A stretch of 38,101 bases of DNA, taken from contig JBBDTI010000024.1 in the NCBI GenBank assembly GCA_040904565.1, forward strand, positions 9,588 through 47,688, read 5' to 3'. Below the pieces are notes generated by a model. That model had not been told where the DNA came from, did no database searches, and worked only from the letters and a program-made list of their open reading frames with translations. The position numbers and the translations under genes were made by a program. Within the stretch, counting starts at the first letter, position 1, and every line of letters begins with the position of its first letter. Below, in pieces: positions 11,564-20,223 of the stretch. The stretch is from Rhodothermales bacterium (GTDB lineage: Bacteria; Bacteroidota; Rhodothermia; Rhodothermales; VXPQ01).

Positions 11564-11708
11564 GTCAAATAACAGCGACGCCGGTTTCGATGAGCACGTC
11601 GTTACGTCAATGGTACAACGGAAACGATCGGTAGACTTTAAAACTACGACGTATTTAGGCAAGATGAGTTGGTAAGCATCAGAATGCAACTATTGAGGTG
11701 AGCGCATT

Positions 11709-13073
11709 ATGGCCCTACAATCGCTGAATCCGGCTACCGGAGAGAACGTGGCCCATTACGACGAGCACGACGGGGGCACCGTGGACGAGATGATCGACCG
11801 GGCCGTGAACGCCTTCGACCTCCACCGGGAGCGCTCCTTCTCGGATCGGGCCGACAAGATGCTGCACGCGGCAGATCTTCTCGAACGACGCTCCGAGGAG
11901 TTCGGACGGGTGATGACGCAGGAGATGGGGAAGCCGATCGATCAGGCCGTTGCCGAGGCGCGAAAGTGCGCGTTGGTATGTCGCTACTACGCCCGGCACG
12001 CAAAGGAATTTCTGCGAGATGAGCCGGCCGGCATCGACGACGTCCGAGCGTTCGTGGCCTTCGAGCCGCTCGGACCGATACTGGCCGTGATGCCGTGGAA
12101 TTTCCCGTTCTGGCAGGTCTTCCGATTCGCGTCTCCCGCGCTGATGGCCGGAAATGTCGCGCTGCTTAAGCATGCCTCGAACGTAAGCGGCTGCGCCTTG
12201 GCCATAGAGAACGTGCTGCGCGAGGCCGGATTTAATCAGGATGAGTTTCAGACGCTCCTCGTCTCGTCCGACCGCGTAGACGGACTCATTGCCGACCCGC
12301 GTATTCGGGCCGCGACGCTGACCGGCAGCGTGGGGGCCGGCCGAGCCGTAGCCGCCTCCGCGGGCAAAGCCATCAAGCCGAGCGTTATGGAACTGGGCGG
12401 TTCGGATCCGTTCATCGTCCTCTCCGACGCCAATATGGAACGCGCCGTGGAGATTGGTGTCACGGCCCGCATGCAGAATAACGGGCAGAGCTGTATCGCC
12501 GCGAAGCGGTTCATCATCGAGGATTCCGCGTTCGACGAGTTCGTGCCGCAGTTCGTGAACCGCATCGAAGCGCTGCGCGTGGGCGATCCCATGGACCCCG
12601 ACACGGATGTCGGGCCGGTGGCCAGCTCGGGAGCGCTGGAGGTAATCCACGATCAGGTGCAGCGCGCCGTCGCCGACGACGCACGGATCCGCACCGGCGG
12701 GACCGTGCTCGATCGCCCGGGCTTCTTTTACGCGCCGACCGTGCTCGATGGGGTCGAGCCGGGTACCGTGGCTTTCGAGGAGGAAATTTTCGGCCCGGTC
12801 GCATCGGTGATCTCGGCACGCGACGTGGACCATGCCGTAACCCTGGCCAACGATACGCGGTTTGGGCTGGGCGGAGCCGTCTTTACCGAAGACCGCGAGA
12901 AGGGCGAGCGCGTGGCCAGGCAGCTAGAGGTGGGCTGTGCGTTCGTCAACGAGATGGTGAAGAGCGATCCCCGGTTGCCCTTCGGCGGGGTGAAGGAAAG
13001 CGGATATGGCCGAGAGCTGTCTCGCTTCGGCATTCGCGAGTTCGTGAATGTGAAGACGATCTGGATAGCATAG
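11709..13073 (+). CDS. NAD(P)-dependent succinate-semialdehyde dehydrogenase (Sad/GabD-type aldehyde dehydrogenase)
   Basis: MPWNFPFWQVFRF, LKHASNV, LTGS, MELGGSDPF, GQSCIAAKRF, EEIFGPV and PFGGVKESGYGREL motifs. GAGG RBS. Confidence 0.9.
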   Translation: MALQSLNPATGENVAHYDEHDGGTVDEMIDRAVNAFDLHRERSFSDRADKMLHAADLLERRSEEFGRVMTQEMGKPIDQAVAEARKCALVCRYYARHAKEFLRDEPAGIDDVRAFVAFEPLGPILAVMPWNFPFWQVFRFASPALMAGNVALLKHASNVSGCALAIENVLREAGFNQDEFQTLLVSSDRVDGLIADPRIRAATLTGSVGAGRAVAASAGKAIKPSVMELGGSDPFIVLSDANMERAVEIGVTARMQNNGQSCIAAKRFIIEDSAFDEFVPQFVNRIEALRVGDPMDPDTDVGPVASSGALEVIHDQVQRAVADDARIRTGGTVLDRPGFFYAPTVLDGVEPGTVAFEEEIFGPVASVISARDVDHAVTLANDTRFGLGGAVFTEDREKGERVARQLEVGCAFVNEMVKSDPRLPFGGVKESGYGRELSRFGIREFVNVKTIWIA

Positions 13074-13132
13074 CCGTCCATCACATCCATTTGGTATTCC
13101 GCGCTGAGACCCGTACGTTACCCGGAGTTCTT

Positions 13133-13416
13133 TGCATACGCCTGCTTGGTTCCACGCCCCGACCGGGAGGTTGGGTGGATTAAAAGGGAATCCGGTGCGC
13201 GCCCCAGGGCGCTATTCCGGAGCTGTACCCGCAACTGTAGGCTGCGTCGATGGAACGGCCGTGACGCGCCGCGCCACTGTCCGATGTTCTCGAGCGAACT
13301 TTCGCTCGTGGGCGGGTGGACGGGAAGGCAGGCGTCGAGCCGAACGTCGATCCGCGCAGCGAGCCAGGAGACCTGCCAGCATGCGAGATGCCGTAAACCT
13401 CCGGGAATTAGAGGTT
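13133..13416 (+). ncRNA. Cobalamin riboswitch (long P6 extension, AdoCbl class-I-like)
   Basis: All conserved elements occur in order: GGT-[P2]-TAAAAGGGAATCCGGTG...ATTCCGGAGCTGTACCCGCAACTGT...GCCACTG...GGGAAGG...GAGCCAGGAGACCTGCC (B12 box). P13 AACCTC/GAGGTT follows. It sits upstream of a TonB receptor. Confidence 0.96.
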
Positions 13417-13470
13417 CGAGCATGCCCGTTTATCCTGCGTCTCGTTGGGCGCACCGCGAGCGCGGCATTC

Positions 13471-13504
13471 GCCCGAATCTCAAGATTGAGGTTCGGGTTT
13501 TTCT
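13471..13504 (+). terminator. Riboswitch expression-platform hairpin (terminator and RBS sequestrator)
   Basis: GCCCGAATCTCAA-ga-TTGAGGTTCGGGT followed by TTTTCT and then ATG 13505. The GAGG lies in the 3' arm. Confidence 0.75.
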
Positions 13505-15412
13505 ATGTCTATCGCGTGCCGTTCGCTACTTATCTTTTTCGCCTGCACCGCTCTTGGGCTGCAGGCGCCGTGCCTCGCTCAGGGTACCGATTCGGTACAG
13601 GGGGCGGATTCGGTATACGTTGTCGGGGAAATTACCGTAACGGCCAACCGCGTACGCACGCCCGTGTCGCGCGCCGCGCAGCGCGTGAGCGTGCTGGACG
13701 CTGACGCGATCCAATCGACGGCCTCACGGACGCTGGCCGAGCTTCTCTCCGCACGCAGCACGCTGTTTATCCGGCGGCAGGGTCAGGGGCTGTCCACCGT
13801 CTCCCAGCGCGGAGCAGGCCCATCGCAGACCCAGCTCCTCATCGACGGCATGCGCCTGGGCGATCCACAGCTCGGGCAATTCGATCTGAACCTGCTTCCG
13901 ACCCACCTTTTCGAGTCCGTCGAGATTCTCCACGGTCCGGGCTCGGCCCTCTACGGTTCCGACGGCATGTCGGGCATCATCCAGCTCCGGACTCGGCGCG
14001 ACGAAAACCAGCGACTGAGCGTGTTGACGGAGGCGGGGGCGTACGGCGAGCGCATGGCTTCGGCAGGCTATTCGTTCGAATCGAGCGGCGTAGGCGGACT
14101 CGTGTCCGCCGAGTTTGTGCGGTCGGACGGCGACTTTCCCTTCATGAATCAGACGCTCTTTCCGCCGAAAGAGGTGCGCCGTCAGAATGCCGACCGGCAG
14201 CGACGATCGTTCTTTGGGAGCCTGCACGGTCGCCTGGGAGTCCACCGCCTCCGTGGCGCCCTGCTCTATGCCGACGCCCAGCAGGGCATCCCGGGCGTTG
14301 TCGGTGCGGCGCCGCGGGGAGAGCGCAGGTGGGACGAGCACGCGCGGTTCTGGATCGACGATCGGATCGGCCTGTCGTCGGGTGCCCTTCATCTCCGGGG
14401 GTTCGTCCACCGCGGGCTCCTTCGATATCAGCATCCTGGACTGGAGATCGACGACACGGGTCGGACGCTCACGGGCGGACTCGAAGCGGAATACCGCGGG
14501 CGGGCGACGTCGAACATCGAGGTGTCGACAGGCGCATCCGCCGGCTACGGGGCGGCCGCGCATCCATCGCTCTCCGCGTCGGCCGACGAGGTCCAAACGG
14601 CGCTCTTTGCGGGCGCTACGGGCACGTTCGGCCCCGCTCGCATCTATCCCGCGTTCCGCCTCGACATCCATCGCCTCGACGAAGGAACGAGGTCGGCTGC
14701 CAGCCCGCGGCTAGGAGCGAACGTACGAGCGAGCCGCGACCTGCCTCTCTTCGTCCGGTTTAACGCGGCCACCGGTTTCCGCGTCCCGACCTTCAACGAT
14801 CGGTACTGGCAGCCCGGAGGAAATCCAGACTTGAAACCGGAGCGATCGGCCTCACTCGATGCCGGCATCCTGTTCGATGGTCACACGGTTCGTTTCGACC
14901 TCTCGGGGTTCGCGTCCCGCTATACCGATCAGATCGTCTGGACGGCAGGAGCCGATTACTGGTATCCTGAAAATATCTCCAGAACGACGTCGAGGGGCTT
15001 CGAGGTCGCGCTGGACGTCCACCTGAGCGAGCTGTTTTCGACGGGTGTCGTCTATGCCCTGACGCGCGCCGTGGACCGGTCCGACCCGGCCGTTCCGTCG
15101 TTCGGCCGCCAGCTTCGATACGTTCCGCTGCATCAAGCCAAAGCACACGCATCGCTCGAGGTCGGGCCTGCCCGCATCGACGCCAACACGCGGTACGTAG
15201 GCCGTCGCTACGTGACCGGCGACGAGAGCGAGCATCTGCCAGCGACCGTCGTGGCCGACGCCCAGATAAGCGTGCAGCGGAATGCCGGTGCGATACGTGC
15301 ACGCCTATCCATCGTCGTCGAGAACCTGTTCGACGCACGATATGCCGTCATGCAAGGGTATCCAATGCCTCCGCGACACGCGCGATTACGACTACTCTTC
15401 GAAACCCGATAA
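13505..15412 (+). CDS. TonB-dependent outer-membrane receptor, likely cobalamin transporter (BtuB-like)
   Basis: Signal peptide, TonB-box-like EITVTANR, plug motifs (QRGAG...LLIDG, ESVEILHGPGSALYGSDGMSGII), FRVPTFNDRY, GNPDLKPE and VENLFDARY. Directly downstream of the B12 riboswitch. Confidence 0.92.
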   Translation: MSIACRSLLIFFACTALGLQAPCLAQGTDSVQGADSVYVVGEITVTANRVRTPVSRAAQRVSVLDADAIQSTASRTLAELLSARSTLFIRRQGQGLSTVSQRGAGPSQTQLLIDGMRLGDPQLGQFDLNLLPTHLFESVEILHGPGSALYGSDGMSGIIQLRTRRDENQRLSVLTEAGAYGERMASAGYSFESSGVGGLVSAEFVRSDGDFPFMNQTLFPPKEVRRQNADRQRRSFFGSLHGRLGVHRLRGALLYADAQQGIPGVVGAAPRGERRWDEHARFWIDDRIGLSSGALHLRGFVHRGLLRYQHPGLEIDDTGRTLTGGLEAEYRGRATSNIEVSTGASAGYGAAAHPSLSASADEVQTALFAGATGTFGPARIYPAFRLDIHRLDEGTRSAASPRLGANVRASRDLPLFVRFNAATGFRVPTFNDRYWQPGGNPDLKPERSASLDAGILFDGHTVRFDLSGFASRYTDQIVWTAGADYWYPENISRTTSRGFEVALDVHLSELFSTGVVYALTRAVDRSDPAVPSFGRQLRYVPLHQAKAHASLEVGPARIDANTRYVGRRYVTGDESEHLPATVVADAQISVQRNAGAIRARLSIVVENLFDARYAVMQGYPMPPRHARLRLLFETR

Positions 15413-15456
15413 CACGGTTTCGCTCTCCCTAACGAACCACAGACCATTCGAGACAC

Positions 15457-16557
15457 ATGTATCATATGCGACGCAGACTTCTTTCCCTTTTCTTCCTGGT
15501 CAACCTGGTTCTCCTGGGCGGCTGCGACGTGGCGGGCGACAATCAGCAGGACGAACCGACGCCCCGCGCCGTCGTGGTGGCCAACCAGGGTAATTTCGGT
15601 GACGGGAACGGATCGGTGAGTACGTTCGACCCCGTAACCGAGACCGTTCAGGCGGCCGCCATCGCCTCGCTCGGCAGCATCGTGCAGAGCGTGACCATCG
15701 AAGCGGGACAGATCTACGTGATGGCCAATACGGGAGGGCGGGTTGACGTCTTCGATGCCGAGAGCCTGGAGAGGACGGCCCAGATTGGGGACGTGGTGAG
15801 TCCGCGCTACATGGTTGCGGAGGGATCTACCGGATACGTGACGAGCCTCTATGGCGAGGAGGGTTCGTTTTCGGGTGGACTCGTTACGGTGCTAGATCTG
15901 GATGCTCGACAGAAGACGGCCGAAATCAGTGTCGGCAACAATCCGGAAGGGCTGGCTCTGGTAGGAACGCGTCTCTACGTGGCCAATCACGGCTTCGGCA
16001 ATGGGACTACGGTGAGCGTCGTCGATACGGGCTCGCTGGAAGTCGCGGAGACGATTGAGGTAGAGTGCGACGGGCCGCGATTTCTTGAGGCGGATGCCGA
16101 CGGCGACGTCTTCGTGTTCTGCACGGGCAAGACCATCTACGACGACTCGTTCAATCCCGTAGGCGAGACGGACGGTGCCGTCCGCGTCCTGGACGGCGCG
16201 ACGGGAGAGATCGTGACTCGGATGGAGATCGACGGTCGGATCGGGACGGTGGGTCCCGGTCAGGATGCCTTTCACGCCCCGTCGGAGAATGCCATCTTCG
16301 TCGTCAAGGACCAGAACACGGTCCTCGTATTCGACACGGGAACGGACGCGCTTGCGGAGGAGATCGGTCCCTTCGACGGCCAACCGATTAGCGCCGTCGG
16401 CTATGACGAGCGATCCGCCAGGCTCTACGTCGGCCGGTCCCACGGTTTCACGCAGGCGGGCGAGGTATCGATCCACGACCGATCCGGAATCGAAATCAGT
16501 CGATTCACGGCCGGTGTCGTTCCCACCTTCATCGCCTTTCAGTCCGACAACCAATGA
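15457..16557 (+). CDS. YncE/BtuG-like beta-propeller surface lipoprotein
   Basis: Lipobox LLGG-C, NQGNFGDGNGSVS and repeated LYVAN/YVT/VSVVD blades. Lies after a BtuB-like gene, as btuG does in Bacteroidota. Alternative start at 15466. Confidence 0.85.
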   Translation: MYHMRRRLLSLFFLVNLVLLGGCDVAGDNQQDEPTPRAVVVANQGNFGDGNGSVSTFDPVTETVQAAAIASLGSIVQSVTIEAGQIYVMANTGGRVDVFDAESLERTAQIGDVVSPRYMVAEGSTGYVTSLYGEEGSFSGGLVTVLDLDARQKTAEISVGNNPEGLALVGTRLYVANHGFGNGTTVSVVDTGSLEVAETIEVECDGPRFLEADADGDVFVFCTGKTIYDDSFNPVGETDGAVRVLDGATGEIVTRMEIDGRIGTVGPGQDAFHAPSENAIFVVKDQNTVLVFDTGTDALAEEIGPFDGQPISAVGYDERSARLYVGRSHGFTQAGEVSIHDRSGIEISRFTAGVVPTFIAFQSDNQ

Positions 16558-16805
16558 ACGTCGATCGCTGCCTCTGTCACGAAGTCACCTTCCGGGCCCT
16601 GAAGGATCTGGCCGCAGAAACGGGTGCATCCACCGTGACGGAGTTGCAGGCCCGGTGCCGGTTCGGCAAGCAGTGCGGGCTCTGCAGGCCGTACGTCCGC
16701 GCCATGCTGCGAAGCGGCGAGGTCGCCTTCGATCGGCTTCTCAGCGAGCCCGAGGCATCGGGCCGAGATAGGCCGGATCGAACCGCGTCATCACTGTCGG
16801 AGTAA
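16554..16805 (+). CDS. BFD-like [2Fe-2S]-binding small protein
   Basis: RCLCHEVT...GKQCGLCRPYV gives C-x-C...C-x2-C spacing. ATGA overlap with the upstream stop codon. Confidence 0.8.
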   Translation: MNVDRCLCHEVTFRALKDLAAETGASTVTELQARCRFGKQCGLCRPYVRAMLRSGEVAFDRLLSEPEASGRDRPDRTASSLSE

Positions 16806-16813
16806 TAGAAACG

Positions 16814-17524
16814 ATGGGACGCATCCTTTACATCTTCCCGCACCCCGACGACGAGTCGTTCGGTCCCGGGCCCGCCATCTCTAAGCAGCGTCGTGCCGGT
16901 CACGACGTCTATCTGCTCACGCTCACGCGCGGCGAGGCGACGAGGCAGCGCGAGAAGTACGGATACAGCAAGCAGAAGATGGGTGAGGTCCGGTATCGAG
17001 AGATGCAGCGGGTGGTCGACGTGCTGGATCTTACCGAACTGGAGGTGCTCGATCTCCCGGACGGCGGACTTGCCGAGCTGAACCCGCTGGACTTAGAGAC
17101 GATCGTTACCTCCAAAATCCACAAGGTGCGTCCGCATGTCGTGGTCACGTATCCGACGCACGGATGCAGCGGCCACCTGGATCACCTCGTAACGCATGCC
17201 GTCGTCAAGCGCGTCTTCTGCGCTATGAAGGCCGAGGGCGCGGAGTATCCGAAGCGGCTGGCTTTTTTCACGCTGGATAATGCATCGCCCGTCGAACGGC
17301 CCGAGCATCTTCGCGGTGCGCCTCGTTCGGAGATCGACTGCGTCGTCACTTTCGGCGGCGACGATCGTCGACGGGGCGAGGCGGCGCTGCAAGCGTACGA
17401 GACGTACCGCGACGTCGTGGAGGCTCATCGTCCGCTCACTACGGTATCTGAGGGCGTCTGCTTCGTATTCTTCGGTGAAACGTACGATCCGCCGGTGGGC
17501 GACCTCATGGCCGGCATGAGTTAA
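16814..17524 (+). CDS. PIG-L/LmbE family zinc deacetylase (amidohydrolase)
   Basis: FPHPDDES, LTLTRGEA, LDLPDG and GHLDH motifs. Starts 8 nt after the BFD-like gene. Confidence 0.9.
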   Translation: MGRILYIFPHPDDESFGPGPAISKQRRAGHDVYLLTLTRGEATRQREKYGYSKQKMGEVRYREMQRVVDVLDLTELEVLDLPDGGLAELNPLDLETIVTSKIHKVRPHVVVTYPTHGCSGHLDHLVTHAVVKRVFCAMKAEGAEYPKRLAFFTLDNASPVERPEHLRGAPRSEIDCVVTFGGDDRRRGEAALQAYETYRDVVEAHRPLTTVSEGVCFVFFGETYDPPVGDLMAGMS

Positions 17525-17620
17525 CAATTCCGTTATCCGTTTCTCATTGCTCGAGCGTATGCTGGTGTGATGCGATAGACAGCTACTTACCGTTGACTCG
17601 TGCCTATGACCGGCAACCCG

Positions 17621-18301
17621 ATGGGAGACCGGACCATTCTAATCGTGGATGACGAAGTCGATCTCCTGGAGCTGCTGCAGTACAATTTCGAGAAAGCGGG
17701 TTACCGGACGTTGACGGCGGCGGACGGCGCCGAGGGGTTCGAGCGGGCGCGGGAGGTGGATCCCGATCTGATCATCCTGGACGTCATGATGCCGAACATG
17801 GACGGTATCGAAGTATGCCGGAAGATCCGTCGAGACGCCAACCTGCGTGGAACGCCCGTGATCATGCTCACGGCGCGCACGGACGACGACGACTACGTCG
17901 AGGGACTCGACGTCGGCGCCGACGTCTACCTGGGCAAGCCGGTGTCCGTCCCCGTGCTGATGAGCCAGGTAAAGGCGCTCTTCAGACAGGCCGAGCGCGT
18001 GGAGACGTCGCCCGACGTGCTGAACGTCCACGGCATCGAGATCAACCGCGACCGCTACCTCGTCATAGTCGATGGCGAGGAGATCCGGCTTCCTCGAAAG
18101 GAATTCGAACTCCTGCACTTCTTTGCGGCCCATCCCGGAAAAGTCTTTAGCAGGCAGGAACTGCTCGACGCCGTGTGGGGACACGACGTCTACGTCGTCG
18201 ATCGCACGGTCGACGTTCACGTGCGGAAGATACGCGAGAAGCTTGGCAATGACTTGATCGAGACGGTAACCGGCGTGGGCTACAAGCTGAAGTCCAGATG
18301 A
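17621..18301 (+). CDS. OmpR/PhoB-family response regulator (PhoB/PhoP-like)
   Basis: ILIVDDE, DLIILDVMMP, MLTAR, GADVYLGKP, and a winged helix (KEFELL, DRTVDVHVRKIREKLG, ETVTGVGYK). Start may be 17600, 17606 or 17621. Confidence 0.95.
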   Translation: MGDRTILIVDDEVDLLELLQYNFEKAGYRTLTAADGAEGFERAREVDPDLIILDVMMPNMDGIEVCRKIRRDANLRGTPVIMLTARTDDDDYVEGLDVGADVYLGKPVSVPVLMSQVKALFRQAERVETSPDVLNVHGIEINRDRYLVIVDGEEIRLPRKEFELLHFFAAHPGKVFSRQELLDAVWGHDVYVVDRTVDVHVRKIREKLGNDLIETVTGVGYKLKSR

Positions 18302-18428
18302 CCTGCTCGGCCCGGCGATCAGCGAGGGCGTCCGATCACGTCCGGACGGCCCTTCGAGCGGCGGCGGGCGATTGCGTCGGGTCGCCATCGTGCGGCCCGC
18401 AGGTTCCACCAGGCTTACCGGGCTCGTA

Positions 18429-19463
18429 ATGCACGACCTTCCATCAAGAATTGCGCTGGCTGCAGCCGCCATGGCCGGGATCGCCGGATCGGTCGTTTCG
18501 CTGTTCATCGGTGCGTCGCTCCTCGTTCCACTCCTTTCCGCTCTCGTCGTCGGCGTGGGCACGCATGCCGTCGTCCGGCGCCTGGTGACGGATCGTCTCG
18601 GCCGGGTGGACAGCGTGCTCCGAGATCTGCGTCGCGAAGGAGGGCGAACGGACGAGGTGACGAAACGGGGCGACGAGATCGACCGGCTGATCCGCACGGC
18701 CGACCAGGCCGGGCACGCCGTTACGAAGCGGATGGCCAGCCTGAGTCGCGCCGAGAGCTACCGGCGCGAGTACGTAGGCGACGTCTCGCACGAGATCAAG
18801 ACGCCGATCTTCGCCATCCAGGGTTTTGCGGAGACGCTGCTCGGCGGGGCGCTTGAAGACCCCCGGGTCAATCGCGGTTTTGTTGAGAAGATTCTCCATC
18901 ATGCGGTGCGCCTGAACGTTCTGGCGAGGGACCTGGCAGAGATATCCCGTCTCGAAACCGGCGCGCTCAAGCTTGCCCGTGAGCTCGTTCCAACAAGAGA
19001 CGTGTTCGAGGAGGTTCGCGAATTGCTCGACCATCAGCTTCGCAAGAAAGGCGTCGAACTCGACATCGACGTTGCAGACGATGCGGAATGGGTGAACGGG
19101 GATCGAGAGCGGCTTCGTCAGGTCGTAACGAATCTGGCCGATAATGCGGTAAAGTATAATAATGCGGGCGGAGCCGTGCGGCTACGAGCTCGCAGAGAGG
19201 CGGACCGCGTGCGGTGGGCCGTTGAGGATGACGGGATCGGCATTGCGGAGGAGGATATCCCGCGCGTGACGGAACGGTTCTTCCGCGCCGACAAGAGCCG
19301 ATCACGAGCTCAGGGCGGCACGGGCCTCGGCCTGGCCATCGTGAAGCATATCCTGGCCGCCCATGGCACCAATCTGAACATCGAGAGCACGCTCGGCGTC
19401 GGATCGACGTTCTCCTTCGTGCTTCCGGCTGCGTCTTTAGAAGGCGGTGCGCCTCAGCCGTGA
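18429..19463 (+). CDS. Sensor histidine kinase (PhoR-like)
   Basis: Two N-terminal hydrophobic helices, H-box VSHEIKTPIFAIQGFAETL, N-box NLADNAVKYN, G1 EDDGIGI, F-box ERFFRADKSRSR and G2 GGTGLGLAIVKH. Confidence 0.93.
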   Translation: MHDLPSRIALAAAAMAGIAGSVVSLFIGASLLVPLLSALVVGVGTHAVVRRLVTDRLGRVDSVLRDLRREGGRTDEVTKRGDEIDRLIRTADQAGHAVTKRMASLSRAESYRREYVGDVSHEIKTPIFAIQGFAETLLGGALEDPRVNRGFVEKILHHAVRLNVLARDLAEISRLETGALKLARELVPTRDVFEEVRELLDHQLRKKGVELDIDVADDAEWVNGDRERLRQVVTNLADNAVKYNNAGGAVRLRARREADRVRWAVEDDGIGIAEEDIPRVTERFFRADKSRSRAQGGTGLGLAIVKHILAAHGTNLNIESTLGVGSTFSFVLPAASLEGGAPQP

Positions 19464-19636
19464 GATGCATGGACCCGCCATGTTCCTAGCTTTCAAAGAT
19501 CTTGTCTGATCGTCGGGTTGAAAGATCTTGCCGGACCGTAGGGCGATGGATCTCGCCCAACCTTTCTCGCCCAATTTTGAGATGCACCGTTCTCGCGCGT
19601 CCGGAACGCGCTATGCCCCGCAACGGTAAATTCGCC

Positions 19637-19646
19637 TGTTATAACA
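19637..19646. promoter_or_regulatory. Perfect palindrome TGTTATAACA, candidate MarR operator
   Basis: An AT-rich 10-bp palindrome in GC-rich DNA, about 40 nt before the MarR start. It contains a TATAAC -10-like hexamer. Confidence 0.45.
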
Positions 19647-19683
19647 ATGATCGCGAACGAGATACGCCCACAGGTTGCGCCGT

Positions 19684-20142
19684 ATGGATCTCCGAGAGTT
19701 CATCAAACAACCGACGTTTACGTCGGCCGCGCAGGAGACAATCCTGAATCTGATGGTGACGAACTCCTGGATCGTCGGCGAGTTGACGGCTGCGATGGCA
19801 CCGTACGACGTGACGCCGGTGCAGTATAACGTACTGCGTATCCTGCGAGGTAGCCATCCCGTGAAACTGACCTGCAGCCAGGTGGGCGAACGGATGCTCG
19901 ATCGTACGCCGGACGTCACGCGGCTGCTGGACCGGCTCGACCGTGCTTCGTTGATCGACCGGGCGCGGGCGGAGCACGATCGGCGCGTCGTCGAGGTGGG
20001 CATCACACCGAAGGGCATCGCTTTGCTCGATCGGATGAAAAAAGATGTCAAGGCCGTCCAAGAACGCCTGACGCGCCATCTGTCTGACGCTGAGCTGCGG
20101 GAGATGTCCGAGATGCTCGACACGCTTCGCACCGACCAGTGA
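19684..20142 (+). CDS. MarR family transcriptional regulator
   Basis: VTPVQYNVLRILRG, ERMLDRTPDVTRLLDRL, DRRVVEVGITPKG. ATG at 19684. Confidence 0.93.
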   Translation: MDLREFIKQPTFTSAAQETILNLMVTNSWIVGELTAAMAPYDVTPVQYNVLRILRGSHPVKLTCSQVGERMLDRTPDVTRLLDRLDRASLIDRARAEHDRRVVEVGITPKGIALLDRMKKDVKAVQERLTRHLSDAELREMSEMLDTLRTDQ

Positions 20143-20223
20143 TGGCCCCGGGCAACCCCTTCACACCTTCGTTGCCTCGTTAACCCGCGTCCGATAACCC
20201 CGGATACCAGCCAGGCCTCCTAC

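Noticed and set aside
13118-13504. Several overlapping ORFs upstream of the TonB receptor
   Set aside because: The region is fully explained by the cobalamin riboswitch and its expression platform.
20143-20223. preQ1 riboswitch before yhhQ
   Set aside because: No short stem with the conserved loop and A-rich 3' tail, nor class II/III features.
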